The notes beneath the pieces were generated by a model. That model was not told the DNA's origin and searched no databases. It saw nothing but the letters and a program-made list of their open reading frames with translations. From Amnibacterium sp. (lineage in GTDB: Bacteria; Actinomycetota; Actinomycetes; Actinomycetales; Microbacteriaceae), in assembly GCF_051956055.1 (NCBI RefSeq), contig NZ_JBQCGC010000095.1, positions 19,456 to 83,455 of the forward strand: a stretch of 64,000 nucleotides of DNA, given 5' to 3'. The position numbers and the translations under genes were made by a program. Positions 46,567 to 56,414 of the stretch are shown one piece after another. How positions within the stretch are numbered: position 1 is the first letter of the stretch; the number at the start of each line of letters is the position of its first letter.

Positions 46567-48506
46567 CAGATCGTGACCCGCTTCGTCGGATCCAGCCACA
46601 GGGCATCCGTCTCGGTGAGGTCGAACGCCGCCGCGAACTCGTCCAGGTTCTTCACGATCTGGTTGCAGCGGAACTCGGGCGGGGAGTGCGGGTCGATGGT
46701 CAGGAGGCGCTTCGCCTCCTCCTCCCGGCGCTTCTCGCGCCACACGGTCGCCCAGGCGATGAAGAACCGCTGCGCCCCGGTGCGGCCGTCGATGACCGGG
46801 GGCTCAGCGCCCTCCAGGGAGAGCACGTAGGCCTTCCAGGCGATCGCGAGGCCGCCGAGGTCGCCGATGTTCTCGCCGATCGTCAGCGCCCCGTTGACGT
46901 GATCGGTCAGCCCCTGCGGCACGAGCGCGTCGTACTGCGCGACGAGCGCCTTGGTGCGCTCCTCGAACGCGGCGCGGTCGGCCCCCGTCCACCAGTCGTG
47001 CAGCCGCCCCTCGCCGTCGAACTGCGAGCCCTGGTCGTCGAAGCCGTGCCCGATCTCGTGGCCGATCACGGCGCCGATCCCGCCGTAGTTCTCGGCGTCG
47101 TCGCGGTCGGGGTCGAAGAAGGGGGGCTGGAGGATCGCGGCCGGGAAGACGATCTCGTTCATGCCCGGGTTGTAGTAGGCGTTCACCGTCTGCGGCGTCA
47201 TGAACCACTCGTCGCGGTCGACCGGCCGGCCGATCTTGCCGAGCTCCCGGTCGAACTCGAAGGCGCTGGACGCCTGCACGTTGGCCACCAGGTCGTCGGC
47301 GACGATCTCGAGCCTCGAGTAGTCGCGCCAGAGCGCCGGGTACCCGATCTTCGGCGTGAACCTGCCGAGCTTCTCGAGCGCCTTCGCGCGTGTCTCGTCG
47401 CTCATCCAGTCCAAGGAGGAGATCGAGTCGCGGTACGCCGCCACGAGGTTGGCGACGAGGACGTCCATGCGGACCTTGGCGATGGGCGGGAAGTGCTCCT
47501 CGACGTAGAGGCGCCCGACCGCCTCCCCCATGGCCCCCTCGACGAGCGCGACGCCGCGCTTCCATCGGGCGCGCAGCTCCCTGGCGCCGGTCAGCGCCGT
47601 GCCGGTGAACGCGAACTGGGCGTCCACGAAGGCCGACGAGAGGTACGGCGCGAGCGGCCGGATGACACGGATCGCGAGCCAGTCGCGCCAGGCGTCGAGG
47701 CGGTCGTGCGTGAGCAGGTCGAGCACACCGGTGACGAAGCTCGGCTCGCGGACTACGACCGTCGCGAGGGCGCCGGCGGGCGCGCCGAGGCCCGCGGCCC
47801 AGGCGTCGAGCAGCGCACCCCGCTCGCCCGCGCCGGCGACGAGGTCGGCCCAGGAGGTCGGGTTGTAGGTCGCCTGCACGTCCCGGGTCGCGACCGCGTC
47901 CCAGTGCGTCAGCGCGATCTCCGTCTCGAGCGCGAGCACCCGGTCCGCCCTGGCCTCCGCACCGTCCAGGCCGGCGAGGCTGAACATCGCGACGAGGAAC
48001 ACCCGGTACGCGTCGCGGTGGGCGGCGAAGTCGTCCTCGCGGTAGTACCGCTCGTCCGGCAGCCCGAGGCCGCCCTGCTCGACGAACACGAGGTAGCGCT
48101 CGGGATCGCCGGGATCGTTGTCGACGAACAGGCGGAAGAGGCTGCCACCCCCGCGCCGCTCGAGCGTGCCCAGCACCGCGAGCACCGTCGCGATCGAGTC
48201 CGCGGCGGCGACGAGGCCGAGCGGCTCGGCGAGCGGAGCAGCACCGAGCGCCTCGATGCGCTCCTCGTCCATGAAGGAGGCGTAGAGGTCGCCGATCTTG
48301 CGCGCCTCCGTGCCGGGCTCCGCCTCCTGCGCGCGCTCCACGATCGCGCGGACGGCGATCTCCGCCTCGTCAACGAGGTCGAGGAAGGCGCCGGATCGCG
48401 CCCGATCGGCGGGGATCTCCGCCGTCGCGAGCCACTCGCCGTTGACGGCGCGGTAGAGGTCGTCCTGGATGCGCGCGGGAACCACCGCGCCTTCGGGTTC
48501 GGCCAC
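46563..48506 (-). CDS. M13 family metallopeptidase (PepO/Zmp1-like)
   Basis: QDDLYRAVNG, VNAYY, FPAAILQ, GHEIGHGFDDQG (HExxH), GENIGD, DPHSP. Confidence 0.95.
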   Translation of the reverse strand: MAEPEGAVVPARIQDDLYRAVNGEWLATAEIPADRARSGAFLDLVDEAEIAVRAIVERAQEAEPGTEARKIGDLYASFMDEERIEALGAAPLAEPLGLVAAADSIATVLAVLGTLERRGGGSLFRLFVDNDPGDPERYLVFVEQGGLGLPDERYYREDDFAAHRDAYRVFLVAMFSLAGLDGAEARADRVLALETEIALTHWDAVATRDVQATYNPTSWADLVAGAGERGALLDAWAAGLGAPAGALATVVVREPSFVTGVLDLLTHDRLDAWRDWLAIRVIRPLAPYLSSAFVDAQFAFTGTALTGARELRARWKRGVALVEGAMGEAVGRLYVEEHFPPIAKVRMDVLVANLVAAYRDSISSLDWMSDETRAKALEKLGRFTPKIGYPALWRDYSRLEIVADDLVANVQASSAFEFDRELGKIGRPVDRDEWFMTPQTVNAYYNPGMNEIVFPAAILQPPFFDPDRDDAENYGGIGAVIGHEIGHGFDDQGSQFDGEGRLHDWWTGADRAAFEERTKALVAQYDALVPQGLTDHVNGALTIGENIGDLGGLAIAWKAYVLSLEGAEPPVIDGRTGAQRFFIAWATVWREKRREEEAKRLLTIDPHSPPEFRCNQIVKNLDEFAAAFDLTETDALWLDPTKRVTIW

Positions 48507-48619
48507 GGTGCGAGTCTAGGAGCGCCCACCCCCCGGTTGCGGGAGGGCTCGCGCGGGTCGACCGGACCCGCAGCGTTCTCGCGGCGGCCACCGTCCGAGC
48601 ATCCTGCGAGGATCGCGGG

Positions 48620-49537
48620 GTGAGCCGCCGCGGGATCCTGTTGTTCGCGGCGCTCGGCATCGCCTGGGGCATCCCGTACCTGCTGATCAAGATCGCGGTG
48701 CAGGAGGTGGATCCCGCCGTCGTGGTGGTCGGTCGCAGCGCGCTCGGCGCACTCGTGCTGCTGCCGCTCGTGGTCGCGAGGCGCCAGCTCCTGCCGGTGC
48801 TGCGCCGCTGGCGCCCCCTGGTGCTCTACTCGATCGTCGAGATCGTCATCCCGTGGAACTTCCTGAGCGCCGCGGAGCGGCACCTGCCGAGCTCGACCAC
48901 GGGCCTGCTGCTCGCGGCGGTACCGATCGTCGGGGTCGCGGTGGCATTCCTCGCCGGACGCCCCGAGCCGCTGTCGCGCATCAACTGGCTCGGCATCGGG
49001 GCGGGGATGCTCGGCGTGGCCGCCCTCGTCGCCCTCGCCCCGTCGAGCGCGTCGGCGCAGCAGGGCGCGTCGCCCCTCATCGGGGTCGCCCAGATGGTCG
49101 TCGTGGTCATCGGGTACGCCGTCGGCCCCGTGATCCTCGCGCGGCACATGGCCGATCTGCCGGGCGCAGGGGTCGTGGCGCTGTCGCTCGCCATCACCGC
49201 CGTCGTGTCCGCGCCGCTCGTGCCGCTGCTCGGCTCGTGGCCGCACCGCCTCCCGTCCGCGGAGACGATCGGCGCGATCGTGACGCTCGCCCTCGTGTGC
49301 AGCGCCGCCGCGTTCCTCATCATGTTCGCGCTCGTCGCGGAGATCGGTCCGGTGCGGGTCACGATGATCACCTACGTCAACCCGGCCGTCGCCGTGGCCG
49401 CCGGCGCCGTCGTGCTCCACGAGCCGGTGACGGCGTGGACCCTCGTGGGCTTCGTGCTGGTGCTGGCGGGCTCGTACCTCGTGACCAGGAGGCGTCGTGC
49501 CCCCGCCGTCGTGGAGGAGCGGACCGCCACCCCCTGA
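48620..49537 (+). CDS. EamA/DMT family transporter
   Basis: [11 protein letters not shown], two EamA repeats of ~5 TM, YVNPAVA. Confidence 0.9.
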   Translation: MSRRGILLFAALGIAWGIPYLLIKIAVQEVDPAVVVVGRSALGALVLLPLVVARRQLLPVLRRWRPLVLYSIVEIVIPWNFLSAAERHLPSSTTGLLLAAVPIVGVAVAFLAGRPEPLSRINWLGIGAGMLGVAALVALAPSSASAQQGASPLIGVAQMVVVVIGYAVGPVILARHMADLPGAGVVALSLAITAVVSAPLVPLLGSWPHRLPSAETIGAIVTLALVCSAAAFLIMFALVAEIGPVRVTMITYVNPAVAVAAGAVVLHEPVTAWTLVGFVLVLAGSYLVTRRRRAPAVVEERTATP

Positions 49538-49574
49538 CGGCCGCGCGCGCCGCGGGTCCGTAGGCTTGCCGCCC

Positions 49575-50270
49575 GTGCGACTGGTGGTGGCGGAGTGCTC
49601 GGTCGATTACGCGGGACGACTGTCCGCGCACCTCGACCCGGCGCGCAGGGTGCTCATGCTGAAGGCGGACGGGAGCGTGCTCGTCCACGCGGACGGCGGC
49701 TCCTACAAGCCCCTGAACTGGATGAGCCCGCCGTGCTCGCTCGCGGTCGAGGAGCCCGACGAGGACCTGGCCGCCTCCGGCGTGCAGCAGGTGTGGCGCG
49801 TCGCGCACGCGAAGACGGGCGACGTGCTCATCATCCGGATCCACGAGCTGCTGGTCGACGAGACCGTCGAGCTCGGCGTGGACCCCGGGCTCGTGAAGGA
49901 CGGCGTGGAGGCGGACCTGCAGCGGCTCCTCGCGGAGCAGATCGAGCTGCTCGGCGACGGCCACTCGCTCGTGCGCCGCGAGTACATGACCGCCATCGGC
50001 CCGGTGGACATCCTGGCCAGGGACGCCGGCGGCGTCGCGGTCGCCGTGGAGATCAAGCGCCGCGGCGACATCGACGGCGTCGAGCAGCTGACGCGCTACC
50101 TGGAGCTCATGAACCGCGACCCGCACCTCGCGCCGGTCTCGGGCGTCTTCGCGGCGCAGGAGATCAAACCGCAGGCGCGCACGCTCGCCGAGGACCGCGG
50201 CATCCGATGCCTCGTCCTCGACTACGACGCGATGCGCGGCGTCGAGGTGGGCCCGGCCCGCCTGTTCTGA
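49575..50270 (+). CDS. nucS: Mismatch-specific endonuclease NucS/EndoMS
   Basis: [61 protein letters not shown]. Confidence 0.96.
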   Translation: MRLVVAECSVDYAGRLSAHLDPARRVLMLKADGSVLVHADGGSYKPLNWMSPPCSLAVEEPDEDLAASGVQQVWRVAHAKTGDVLIIRIHELLVDETVELGVDPGLVKDGVEADLQRLLAEQIELLGDGHSLVRREYMTAIGPVDILARDAGGVAVAVEIKRRGDIDGVEQLTRYLELMNRDPHLAPVSGVFAAQEIKPQARTLAEDRGIRCLVLDYDAMRGVEVGPARLF

Positions 50271-50353
50271 GCGCGCCGCACCTCCGGTCCTCGCCCACCC
50301 TCCCGCTCGGGGTGGTGCAGCGCGGAGGGACGGTCCGGGAGGATGGCTGCCTC

Positions 50354-51043
50354 ATGCCTCAGCCGTTCACCGTGATCCTGGTCGACCTCGACGGCACCGT
50401 CATGGAGTCGGCGTCCTCCATCACGGGGAGCCTCGCCACCGCGATGGAGGAGCTCGGCCACCCGGTGCCGCCGCCCGCGCGCATGGTCGAGTTCGTCGGA
50501 CCGCCGCTCCTCGACGGGCTCAGGGACATCGCCGGACTCCCCGACGACGCGGCCCGGGCGGTGCTGGAGCGCTACCGCGTCCACTACCGCGCAGTGGGCG
50601 CGTTCGAAGCCGAGCCGTACCCCGGCATCCGCGAGGCGCTCGAGGCGCTGCGGACGACGGCGCCGCTCGCGATCGCGACCTCCAAGCCGGAGTCGATCGC
50701 GACCCGGATCCTCGAGCACGCGGGCCTCGCGCCGCTCTTCACGGTCATCGCCGGCGCCTCCGACGACGAGTCGCGCAGCAGGAAGGCGGACGTGATCACC
50801 CGCGCCCTCGAGCTGCTCGCCGACCGCGGGGTCGACGTGACCCGGCCCGTGATGATCGGCGACCGCATCCACGACGTCGAAGGCGCCGCCGCGCACGGCA
50901 TCCCGACCGTGGTCGCGGGGTGGGGGTACGGCGCTCCTGAGGAGACCGCCGGTGCGATCGCGATCGCCAGGTCGACCGCCGACCTGCCCGGCATCATCGC
51001 CGCCGGATGGCCGCGGGCCGCCGACCGGCCGCCCGGCGGCTGA
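50354..51043 (+). CDS. HAD family hydrolase (phosphoglycolate phosphatase-like)
   Basis: LVDLDGT, FVGPPL, ATSKP, MIGDRIHD.EGA. Confidence 0.9.
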   Translation: MPQPFTVILVDLDGTVMESASSITGSLATAMEELGHPVPPPARMVEFVGPPLLDGLRDIAGLPDDAARAVLERYRVHYRAVGAFEAEPYPGIREALEALRTTAPLAIATSKPESIATRILEHAGLAPLFTVIAGASDDESRSRKADVITRALELLADRGVDVTRPVMIGDRIHDVEGAAAHGIPTVVAGWGYGAPEETAGAIAIARSTADLPGIIAAGWPRAADRPPGG

Positions 51044-51077
51044 GCGTCGTGCCACGCGAGTGCGGGAGAATCACCCC

Positions 51078-52550
51078 ATGACCCTGACGCAGGTGGAGCG
51101 GCAGTACCAGAAGGCCGCGCAGTCGACCGCCCCGCACGTCGTCGTCCTCTTCGGCGCTGCCGGGGACCTGGCGAAGCGGAAGCTGCTGCCCGGCATGGCG
51201 AACCTGGTCCTGTCGTCGCTCGCACCGGACATCGAGATCGTCGGCACGTCGCTCGAGGACCTCGACGACGAGACGTACCGCGAGCAGGCGAAGGCCGCGC
51301 TCGACGAGTTCGACCGACGGCACCTCACGGACGACGAGTGGAACCACTTCTCCGAGAAGCTCCACTACGTGCCGAGCAAGGCGGGACCGAAGGCGCTCGC
51401 GCAGGCGGTCGCCGCCGCGGCCGGCCGTCTCGGGCCCTCCGCGCGCCGGATCCACTACCTCTCGGTGCCGCCGAAGGCGGCCCTCGCCGCCGTCGAGACG
51501 ATCCGCGACGCCGGCCTCGTCGAGGGCTCCAGGATCATCATGGAGAAGCCGTTCGGCACCGACCTGGCGAGCGCCGTCGAGCTGAACCGGCGCCTCCACG
51601 AGACGTTCGACGAGGCGCAGATCTTCCGGATCGACCACTTCCTCGGCAAGGAGCCCGCGCAGAACATCCTCGCGATCCGATTCGGCAACGGCCTCTTCGA
51701 GCCCATCTGGAACCGTAACTTCATCCAGCAGATCCAGATCGACGTGCCGGAGACGCTGGGGCTCGAGCAGCGCGCCTCGTTCTACGAGGCGACGGGCGCC
51801 TACCGCGACATGGTCGTGACCCACCTGTTCCAGATCCTCGCGTTCGTCGCGATGGAGGCGCCCACCGCGCTCGAGCCGAAGGCGATCAGCGAGGAGAAGA
51901 ACAAGGTCTGCAACTCGATGAAGGCGATCGACCCCGAGTCGGTGGTGCGGGGCCAGTACGTCGGGTACAAGGACATCCCCGGCGTCTCGCCCGACAGCGA
52001 GACGGAGACCTTCGTCGCGCTGAAGTGCGAGATCGACAACTGGCGCTGGGCGGGCGTGCCGTTCTACCTCCGCACCGGGAAGAAGATGGCGGAGGGCCAG
52101 CGCATCGTCTCGATCGCGTTCAAGGAGCCGCCGCAGTCGATGTTCCCGGCCGGGTCCGGCATCGGGTCGAAGGGCCCGGACCACCTCACGTTCGACCTCG
52201 CCGACGCGTCGAAGATGTCCCTGTCGTTCTACGGCAAGAAGCCCGGCCCCGGCATGCGGCTCGACAAGATGTCGATGCAGTTCGCGATGCAGGACACCGC
52301 GAACGCGGGTGACGTGCTGGAGGCGTACGAGCGCCTGATCCTCGACGCGATGCGCGGCGACCACACCCTGTTCACCTCGGCGGCGGGCATCGAGCGGCTC
52401 TGGGAGGTCAGCCAGCCGCTGCTCGACGACCCGCCTCCCGTGCGGCCCTACGCGGTCGGCAGCTGGGGGCCGAACGCCATCCACCAGCTGATCGCCCCGT
52501 ACGCGTGGCGCCTGCCGTTCGAGCGCGTCTGGCGCGAGTCCCACCACTGA
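51078..52550 (+). CDS. zwf: Glucose-6-phosphate 1-dehydrogenase
   Basis: FGAAGDLAKRK, MEKPFG, FRIDHFLGKE, DMVVTHL, RWAGVPFYLRTGK, EAYERL. Confidence 0.97.
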   Translation: MTLTQVERQYQKAAQSTAPHVVVLFGAAGDLAKRKLLPGMANLVLSSLAPDIEIVGTSLEDLDDETYREQAKAALDEFDRRHLTDDEWNHFSEKLHYVPSKAGPKALAQAVAAAAGRLGPSARRIHYLSVPPKAALAAVETIRDAGLVEGSRIIMEKPFGTDLASAVELNRRLHETFDEAQIFRIDHFLGKEPAQNILAIRFGNGLFEPIWNRNFIQQIQIDVPETLGLEQRASFYEATGAYRDMVVTHLFQILAFVAMEAPTALEPKAISEEKNKVCNSMKAIDPESVVRGQYVGYKDIPGVSPDSETETFVALKCEIDNWRWAGVPFYLRTGKKMAEGQRIVSIAFKEPPQSMFPAGSGIGSKGPDHLTFDLADASKMSLSFYGKKPGPGMRLDKMSMQFAMQDTANAGDVLEAYERLILDAMRGDHTLFTSAAGIERLWEVSQPLLDDPPPVRPYAVGSWGPNAIHQLIAPYAWRLPFERVWRESHH

Positions 52551-52557
52551 GTTCATG

Positions 52558-52585
52558 GCCTTCGATCCGCGAGCGGATCGAAGGC
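52558..52585 (+). terminator. Hairpin terminator after zwf
   Basis: GCCTTCGATCCGC / GCGGATCGAAGGC perfect arms. Confidence 0.7.
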
Positions 52586-52782
52586 TGTGCGGTACGAGAA
52601 CGCTGAACGCGTTCTCGCTGACCGCGATCGACTCGCCGAGGTCCTGATCGCCTGACCGTTGTTCACGGATCAGGGCCCAGGCCCTCATCCGTGAACACGA
52701 CCAGGCGGAAGTCCGCCCGGCGAATGTTCGGAAGAGGTATGGCGGTCCCTCCGTTCGGGGGATCCGCCCCTAGCGTCGAATC

Positions 52783-54051
52783 GTGCAGGTAATCCCCGTG
52801 CTCGGCGGCCGGTACCGGCTGGGGCCGGAGATCGGTTCCGGCGGCATGGGCGCCGTCCACCGCGCGTGGGACGAGCGGTTCAACCGCGAGGTGGCGATCA
52901 AGATCCTGCGCGCCGGGTCCGACTCGGTCGAGCGGGAGCGCCTGCGCCGCGAGGCGCAGTACCTCGCGCACCTCGACCACCCGAACCTGGTGGCCGTGCT
53001 CGACGCGGGATCGGACCGGCTGCGGTCGCGTGAGGCCGTCTGGTTCGCCATGGAGCTCGTGCAGGGGCCCGACCTCCGCACCGTCGTCCGGCAGGACGGC
53101 CCGCTCGACGGCGTCGCCGTCCGCCGGGTGCTGCTCGGCCTGCTGGCCGCGCTGCACGCACTGCACACCGCCGGGGTCGTGCACCGGGACCTGAAGCCGG
53201 CGAACGTCCTGCTCACGGCCGAGCCCGCCTCCGGGCGCTGGGACGTCAAGCTGGTCGATCTCGGCATCGCGCAGCGGATCCACACCGATCAGCTCACCTC
53301 CACGGGCCAGGTCGTCGGCACCGCCGCGTACCTCAGCCCCGAGCAGGTGAACGGGGAGACCGTCGGCCCGGCGAGCGACGTGTACGCGCTCGGCCTCGTC
53401 GCGATCGAGGCGGTCACTGGCCGCATCGCGTTCCCCGGCTCCCCCAACGAGTCCGCGGTGGCACGGCTCGTCCGCGGCCCCGAGCTGCCGGGCGACCTGC
53501 ACCCGGCCTGGCGCCGCGTGCTCGGCGGCATGACGGCCCTCGACCCGCTCGACCGGCCGTCCGTCCCCGAGCTCTGCGATTTGGTCGCCGTCCTGCCCGA
53601 CGATCTCCGCTCGCCGTACGACGCGACCGACCCGAGCACCGAGGTGCTGACCCGCGCCTGGTCCCGCGACCCCTCCGCCACCGCGGTGCTCGAGGCACCG
53701 GAGGCGCCCCTGCTCCGGCCGCGGGTCCGCAGACGGCCGCGACGGCACCTCCTCGTGGCCGGCTTCCTGCTGCTGACCCTGGCCGGCGCAGGCGGCTGGG
53801 TCGCCGCGCTCTCCGGGGGCCCCTCCCCGACGGCCGCCGCCCGCACGACCGCATCCCCGGCCGCACCCGCGCCTGCGGCGGTGGTGACGCCGGCACCGAC
53901 CGTCACCGTGACCGCGCCGCCCCCGGCGACCGCCCCCGTGGCGAAGCCCGTCGTGCAGCCCGTCACCCACCCCACCGCGCGCACGAAGGACGCGGCCGCG
54001 CAGTGGCGGGCCCGTCTCCGCGCCCTCTTCGCTCACCACACGCACCACTGA
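52783..54051 (+). CDS. Hanks-type Ser/Thr protein kinase with C-terminal TM and Pro/Ala/Thr-rich tail
   Basis: IGSGGMGAV, VAIK, HRDLKPAN, KLVDLGIA, GTAAYLSPEQ, SDVYALG; TAGCGT -10 six nt upstream. Confidence 0.93.
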   Translation: MQVIPVLGGRYRLGPEIGSGGMGAVHRAWDERFNREVAIKILRAGSDSVERERLRREAQYLAHLDHPNLVAVLDAGSDRLRSREAVWFAMELVQGPDLRTVVRQDGPLDGVAVRRVLLGLLAALHALHTAGVVHRDLKPANVLLTAEPASGRWDVKLVDLGIAQRIHTDQLTSTGQVVGTAAYLSPEQVNGETVGPASDVYALGLVAIEAVTGRIAFPGSPNESAVARLVRGPELPGDLHPAWRRVLGGMTALDPLDRPSVPELCDLVAVLPDDLRSPYDATDPSTEVLTRAWSRDPSATAVLEAPEAPLLRPRVRRRPRRHLLVAGFLLLTLAGAGGWVAALSGGPSPTAAARTTASPAAPAPAAVVTPAPTVTVTAPPPATAPVAKPVVQPVTHPTARTKDAAAQWRARLRALFAHHTHH

Positions 54052-54080
54052 CGCGCAGGCCGCCGGGCTAGCGTCCCGGC

Positions 54081-54290
54081 ATGGCTGACGACCTGCACAA
54101 GGGCGACCACGTGTCGTGGAAGTCGCACGGCGGCGAGGCCGAGGGCCACGTCGAGAAGAAGATCACCACGGAGACCGACGCGGGCGGTCGTCACGTCGAC
54201 GCGTCGGAGGACGACCCCCAGTACCTCGTGAAGAGCGACAAGTCCGGCGGGGAGGCCGTCCACAGGCCGAGCGCCCTGAAGCAGGACTGA
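54081..54290 (+). CDS. DUF2945 (Hva1/Tudor-like) small protein
   Basis: KGDHVSWKSHGG..G.V, ASEDDPQY.VKSDKSG.EAVH.P.AL. Confidence 0.88.
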   Translation: MADDLHKGDHVSWKSHGGEAEGHVEKKITTETDAGGRHVDASEDDPQYLVKSDKSGGEAVHRPSALKQD

Positions 54291-54328
54291 TCTCGCGCAG
54301 AGGGGCCCATCTCCACGATGATCGGAGC

Positions 54329-54550
54329 GTGAGCTTCAACGCGCGCCTGCGGGCCCTGGTCGGCATCCGGCCGGGCAGCGCGCTGTCGTCGAGCCTGCGC
54401 AACGCCGCGCAGATCGACGTGTATGGCACGGTGCGGCGCCCTGGGCCGTTCGACGTGCCGCTCGCGGAACCCGTGGAACTCGTCGATCCCATCCCGTGGG
54501 AGCTGCAGGACGGACACGGCGCGGTGGCCGACTGGGTCAACCGCGCCTGA
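54329..54550 (+). CDS. Hypothetical small protein, 73 aa
   Basis: GC3-biased ORF from GTG 54329; no family recognised. Confidence 0.5.
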   Translation: MSFNARLRALVGIRPGSALSSSLRNAAQIDVYGTVRRPGPFDVPLAEPVELVDPIPWELQDGHGAVADWVNRA

Positions 54551-54559
54551 ACCGCGGCG

Positions 54560-54760
54560 TCAGCGGGGCAGCGTGCGGCGCCGGAGGGTCGGCCCGACCG
54601 CCAGCGTCCCCGCGAGCGCCGCGAGACCGAGCACGCCGCAGCCGATCGTCCACAGATCCAGCTCGGCCCCGTCACTCAGCAGGGCCGAGCCCCGGACGCC
54701 CGCGACCGCGAGCAGCGCGACGGTGATGGAGCCGGAGAGAGCCATCAGCACGAAGCGCAT
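54560..54760 (-). CDS. Hypothetical small membrane protein, 66 aa, two TM helices
   Basis: MRFVLMALSGSITVALLAVAG...WTIGCGVLGLAALAGTLAV. Confidence 0.55.
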   Translation of the reverse strand: MRFVLMALSGSITVALLAVAGVRGSALLSDGAELDLWTIGCGVLGLAALAGTLAVGPTLRRRTLPR

Positions 54761-54903
54761 GCGCGGAGCGTAGAGCGGTTCGCACCCGACGTCGCGGTCC
54801 AGGTCTGGGACTTGACAGCCGCTGCCGCGCCGCGTGCGCGAGCCGGTCGCTCGGAGGCCGCCGAGGCACTCCACACGGCGCCCGGAACCGGCCCGGAAAC
54901 GAG

Positions 54904-54941
54904 GGATCCCCGGCTCTGCTTCCGCATGAAACCGGGGATCC
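54904..54941 (-). terminator. Hairpin downstream of tRNA-Leu
   Basis: GGATCCCCGG (54904-13)/CCGGGGATCC (54932-41). Confidence 0.65.
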
Positions 54942-54946
54942 TGTCG

Positions 54947-55030
54947 TGCGCGAGGGGGGAGTTGAACCCCCACGCCCTTCCGGGCACACGGACCTGAACC
55001 GTGCGCGTCTGCCTATTCCGCCACTCGCGC
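54947..55030 (-). tRNA. tRNA-Leu (anticodon CAG), CCA not encoded
   Basis: GCGCGAG acceptor stem, D-loop GGAATAGGCAGAC, anticodon arm GCACGG-TTCAGGT-CCGTGT, long variable arm, GGTTCAACTCC T arm. Confidence 0.97.
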
Positions 55031-55222
55031 GTGCGCGGCACCCGATGGGCGCCGAAGGCCCGGCGAGCCTAGCACGGGGTGGGGGGCCGATCCGGGTCCC
55101 GCGAGCGCCGAACATCCGGCGCGCGCAGCGCGGTGCCCCCCGTCTTGGCGCCCCGCGTTACCCTGGGCCATTCGCGGGCGGGCCCCTCCGTGCGCAGTCA
55201 CACACATGAACGGGTCCGGCTG

Positions 55223-55894
55223 GTGGGCATTCTCGACAGCTTCGAGCGCGGTCTGGAGCGCGCCGTCAACGGCGCGTTCGCGCGGACCTTCCGTTCCGGG
55301 CTGGCCCCCGTCGAGATCACCGCGGCGCTCCGCAAGGAGCTCGACACCCACGCGTCCCCGGTCTCGCGGGACCGAGTGCTCGTCCCCAACCGCTTCGTGG
55401 TCCGCATGAATCCGGAGGACCACGCCACGATGTCGGCGCTCGGTGACGGGCTCATGGACGAGCTCTCCTCCGCGCTCACCCGGTACGCGGAGGAGCAGCG
55501 CTACCAGATGGTCTCGCCGCCCGTGATCCTGCTGGAGCCGGACTCGGCGATCACCCTCGGCCTGCTCGACGTGCGCTCCTCCTCCGAGCGCGTGGAGGTC
55601 TCCTGGGAGCCGACGGTCGAGATCGACGGACGGCGCCACGTGCTCGGCGCCAGGACGGTCATCGGTCGCGGGTCGGAGGCGGACATCACCGTCGACGACT
55701 CCGGGATCAGCCGGCGCCATCTGGAGATCCAGTGGGACGGGCGCCGAGCCGAGGCGCGCGACCTGGGCTCCACCAACGGCTCGACGCTGAACGGGACGCG
55801 CCTGACCCACGCCGCCCTGCCCAACGATTCGGTGCTGCAGATCGGCCGCACGCGGATCGTGTTCCGCGTCGTCGCCCGGGCGCGGGAGCAGTGA
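55223..55894 (+). CDS. fhaA: FhaA (DUF3662 + FHA domain)
   Basis: GILDSFERGLERAVNGAFA, VLVPNRF, IGRGSEADI..SRRH, DLGSTNG. Confidence 0.92.
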   Translation: MGILDSFERGLERAVNGAFARTFRSGLAPVEITAALRKELDTHASPVSRDRVLVPNRFVVRMNPEDHATMSALGDGLMDELSSALTRYAEEQRYQMVSPPVILLEPDSAITLGLLDVRSSSERVEVSWEPTVEIDGRRHVLGARTVIGRGSEADITVDDSGISRRHLEIQWDGRRAEARDLGSTNGSTLNGTRLTHAALPNDSVLQIGRTRIVFRVVARAREQ

Positions 55895-55895
55895 C

Positions 55896-56414
55896 ATGAG
55901 CGATCTCACCCTGCTCGTCCTCAGGATCGCGTTCCTCCTGCTGCTCTGGGTCTTCGTCTTCGCGGTCGTGTACTCGCTGCGGAGCGACCTGTTCGGCGGC
56001 CGCGTCCGCCGGGTGCCGGAAGCGACGGCCCCTCCCGCTCCCGCGCCCCCGAGCGCGCCGCCCGCGGTGCAGTCCCTCCCCTCGCCGCCCACCCCAGGGG
56101 CCGGTACCCGCGCCTCCCAGGGGCCGGCGTCGACGCTCGTCATCACGTCGGGCGGCAAGGCGGGGCTCGAGATCCCGCTCGGCACGGAGCCGCTCATGAT
56201 CGGGCGGGCGAGCGACGCGGGCCTGCAGATCCGCGACGACTACACGTCGACGCACCACGCCCGCCTGCTCCTCTGGGGATCGGACTGGGTGATCCAGGAC
56301 CTCGACTCCACCAACGGCACCTTCGTGGACGGTGCGCGGATCGACTCCCCCACCCAGGTGCCGGTCGGCGTGCCGGTGAAGGTGGGCGCGACCACGTTCG
56401 AGCTCCGTGGCTGA
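55896..56414 (+). CDS. fhaB: FhaB/FipA membrane-anchored FHA protein
   Basis: N-terminal TM; IGRASD..DDYTSTHHA, DLDSTNGT. Confidence 0.92.
   Translation: MSDLTLLVLRIAFLLLLWVFVFAVVYSLRSDLFGGRVRRVPEATAPPAPAPPSAPPAVQSLPSPPTPGAGTRASQGPASTLVITSGGKAGLEIPLGTEPLMIGRASDAGLQIRDDYTSTHHARLLLWGSDWVIQDLDSTNGTFVDGARIDSPTQVPVGVPVKVGATTFELRG

Noticed and set aside
54812-54817. Perfect TTGACA -35 box
   Set aside because: No -10 at the expected spacing and no plausible downstream gene on that strand
54560-55030. Integrative element at tRNA-Leu
   Set aside because: No integrase and no duplicated tRNA 3' end seen in the window
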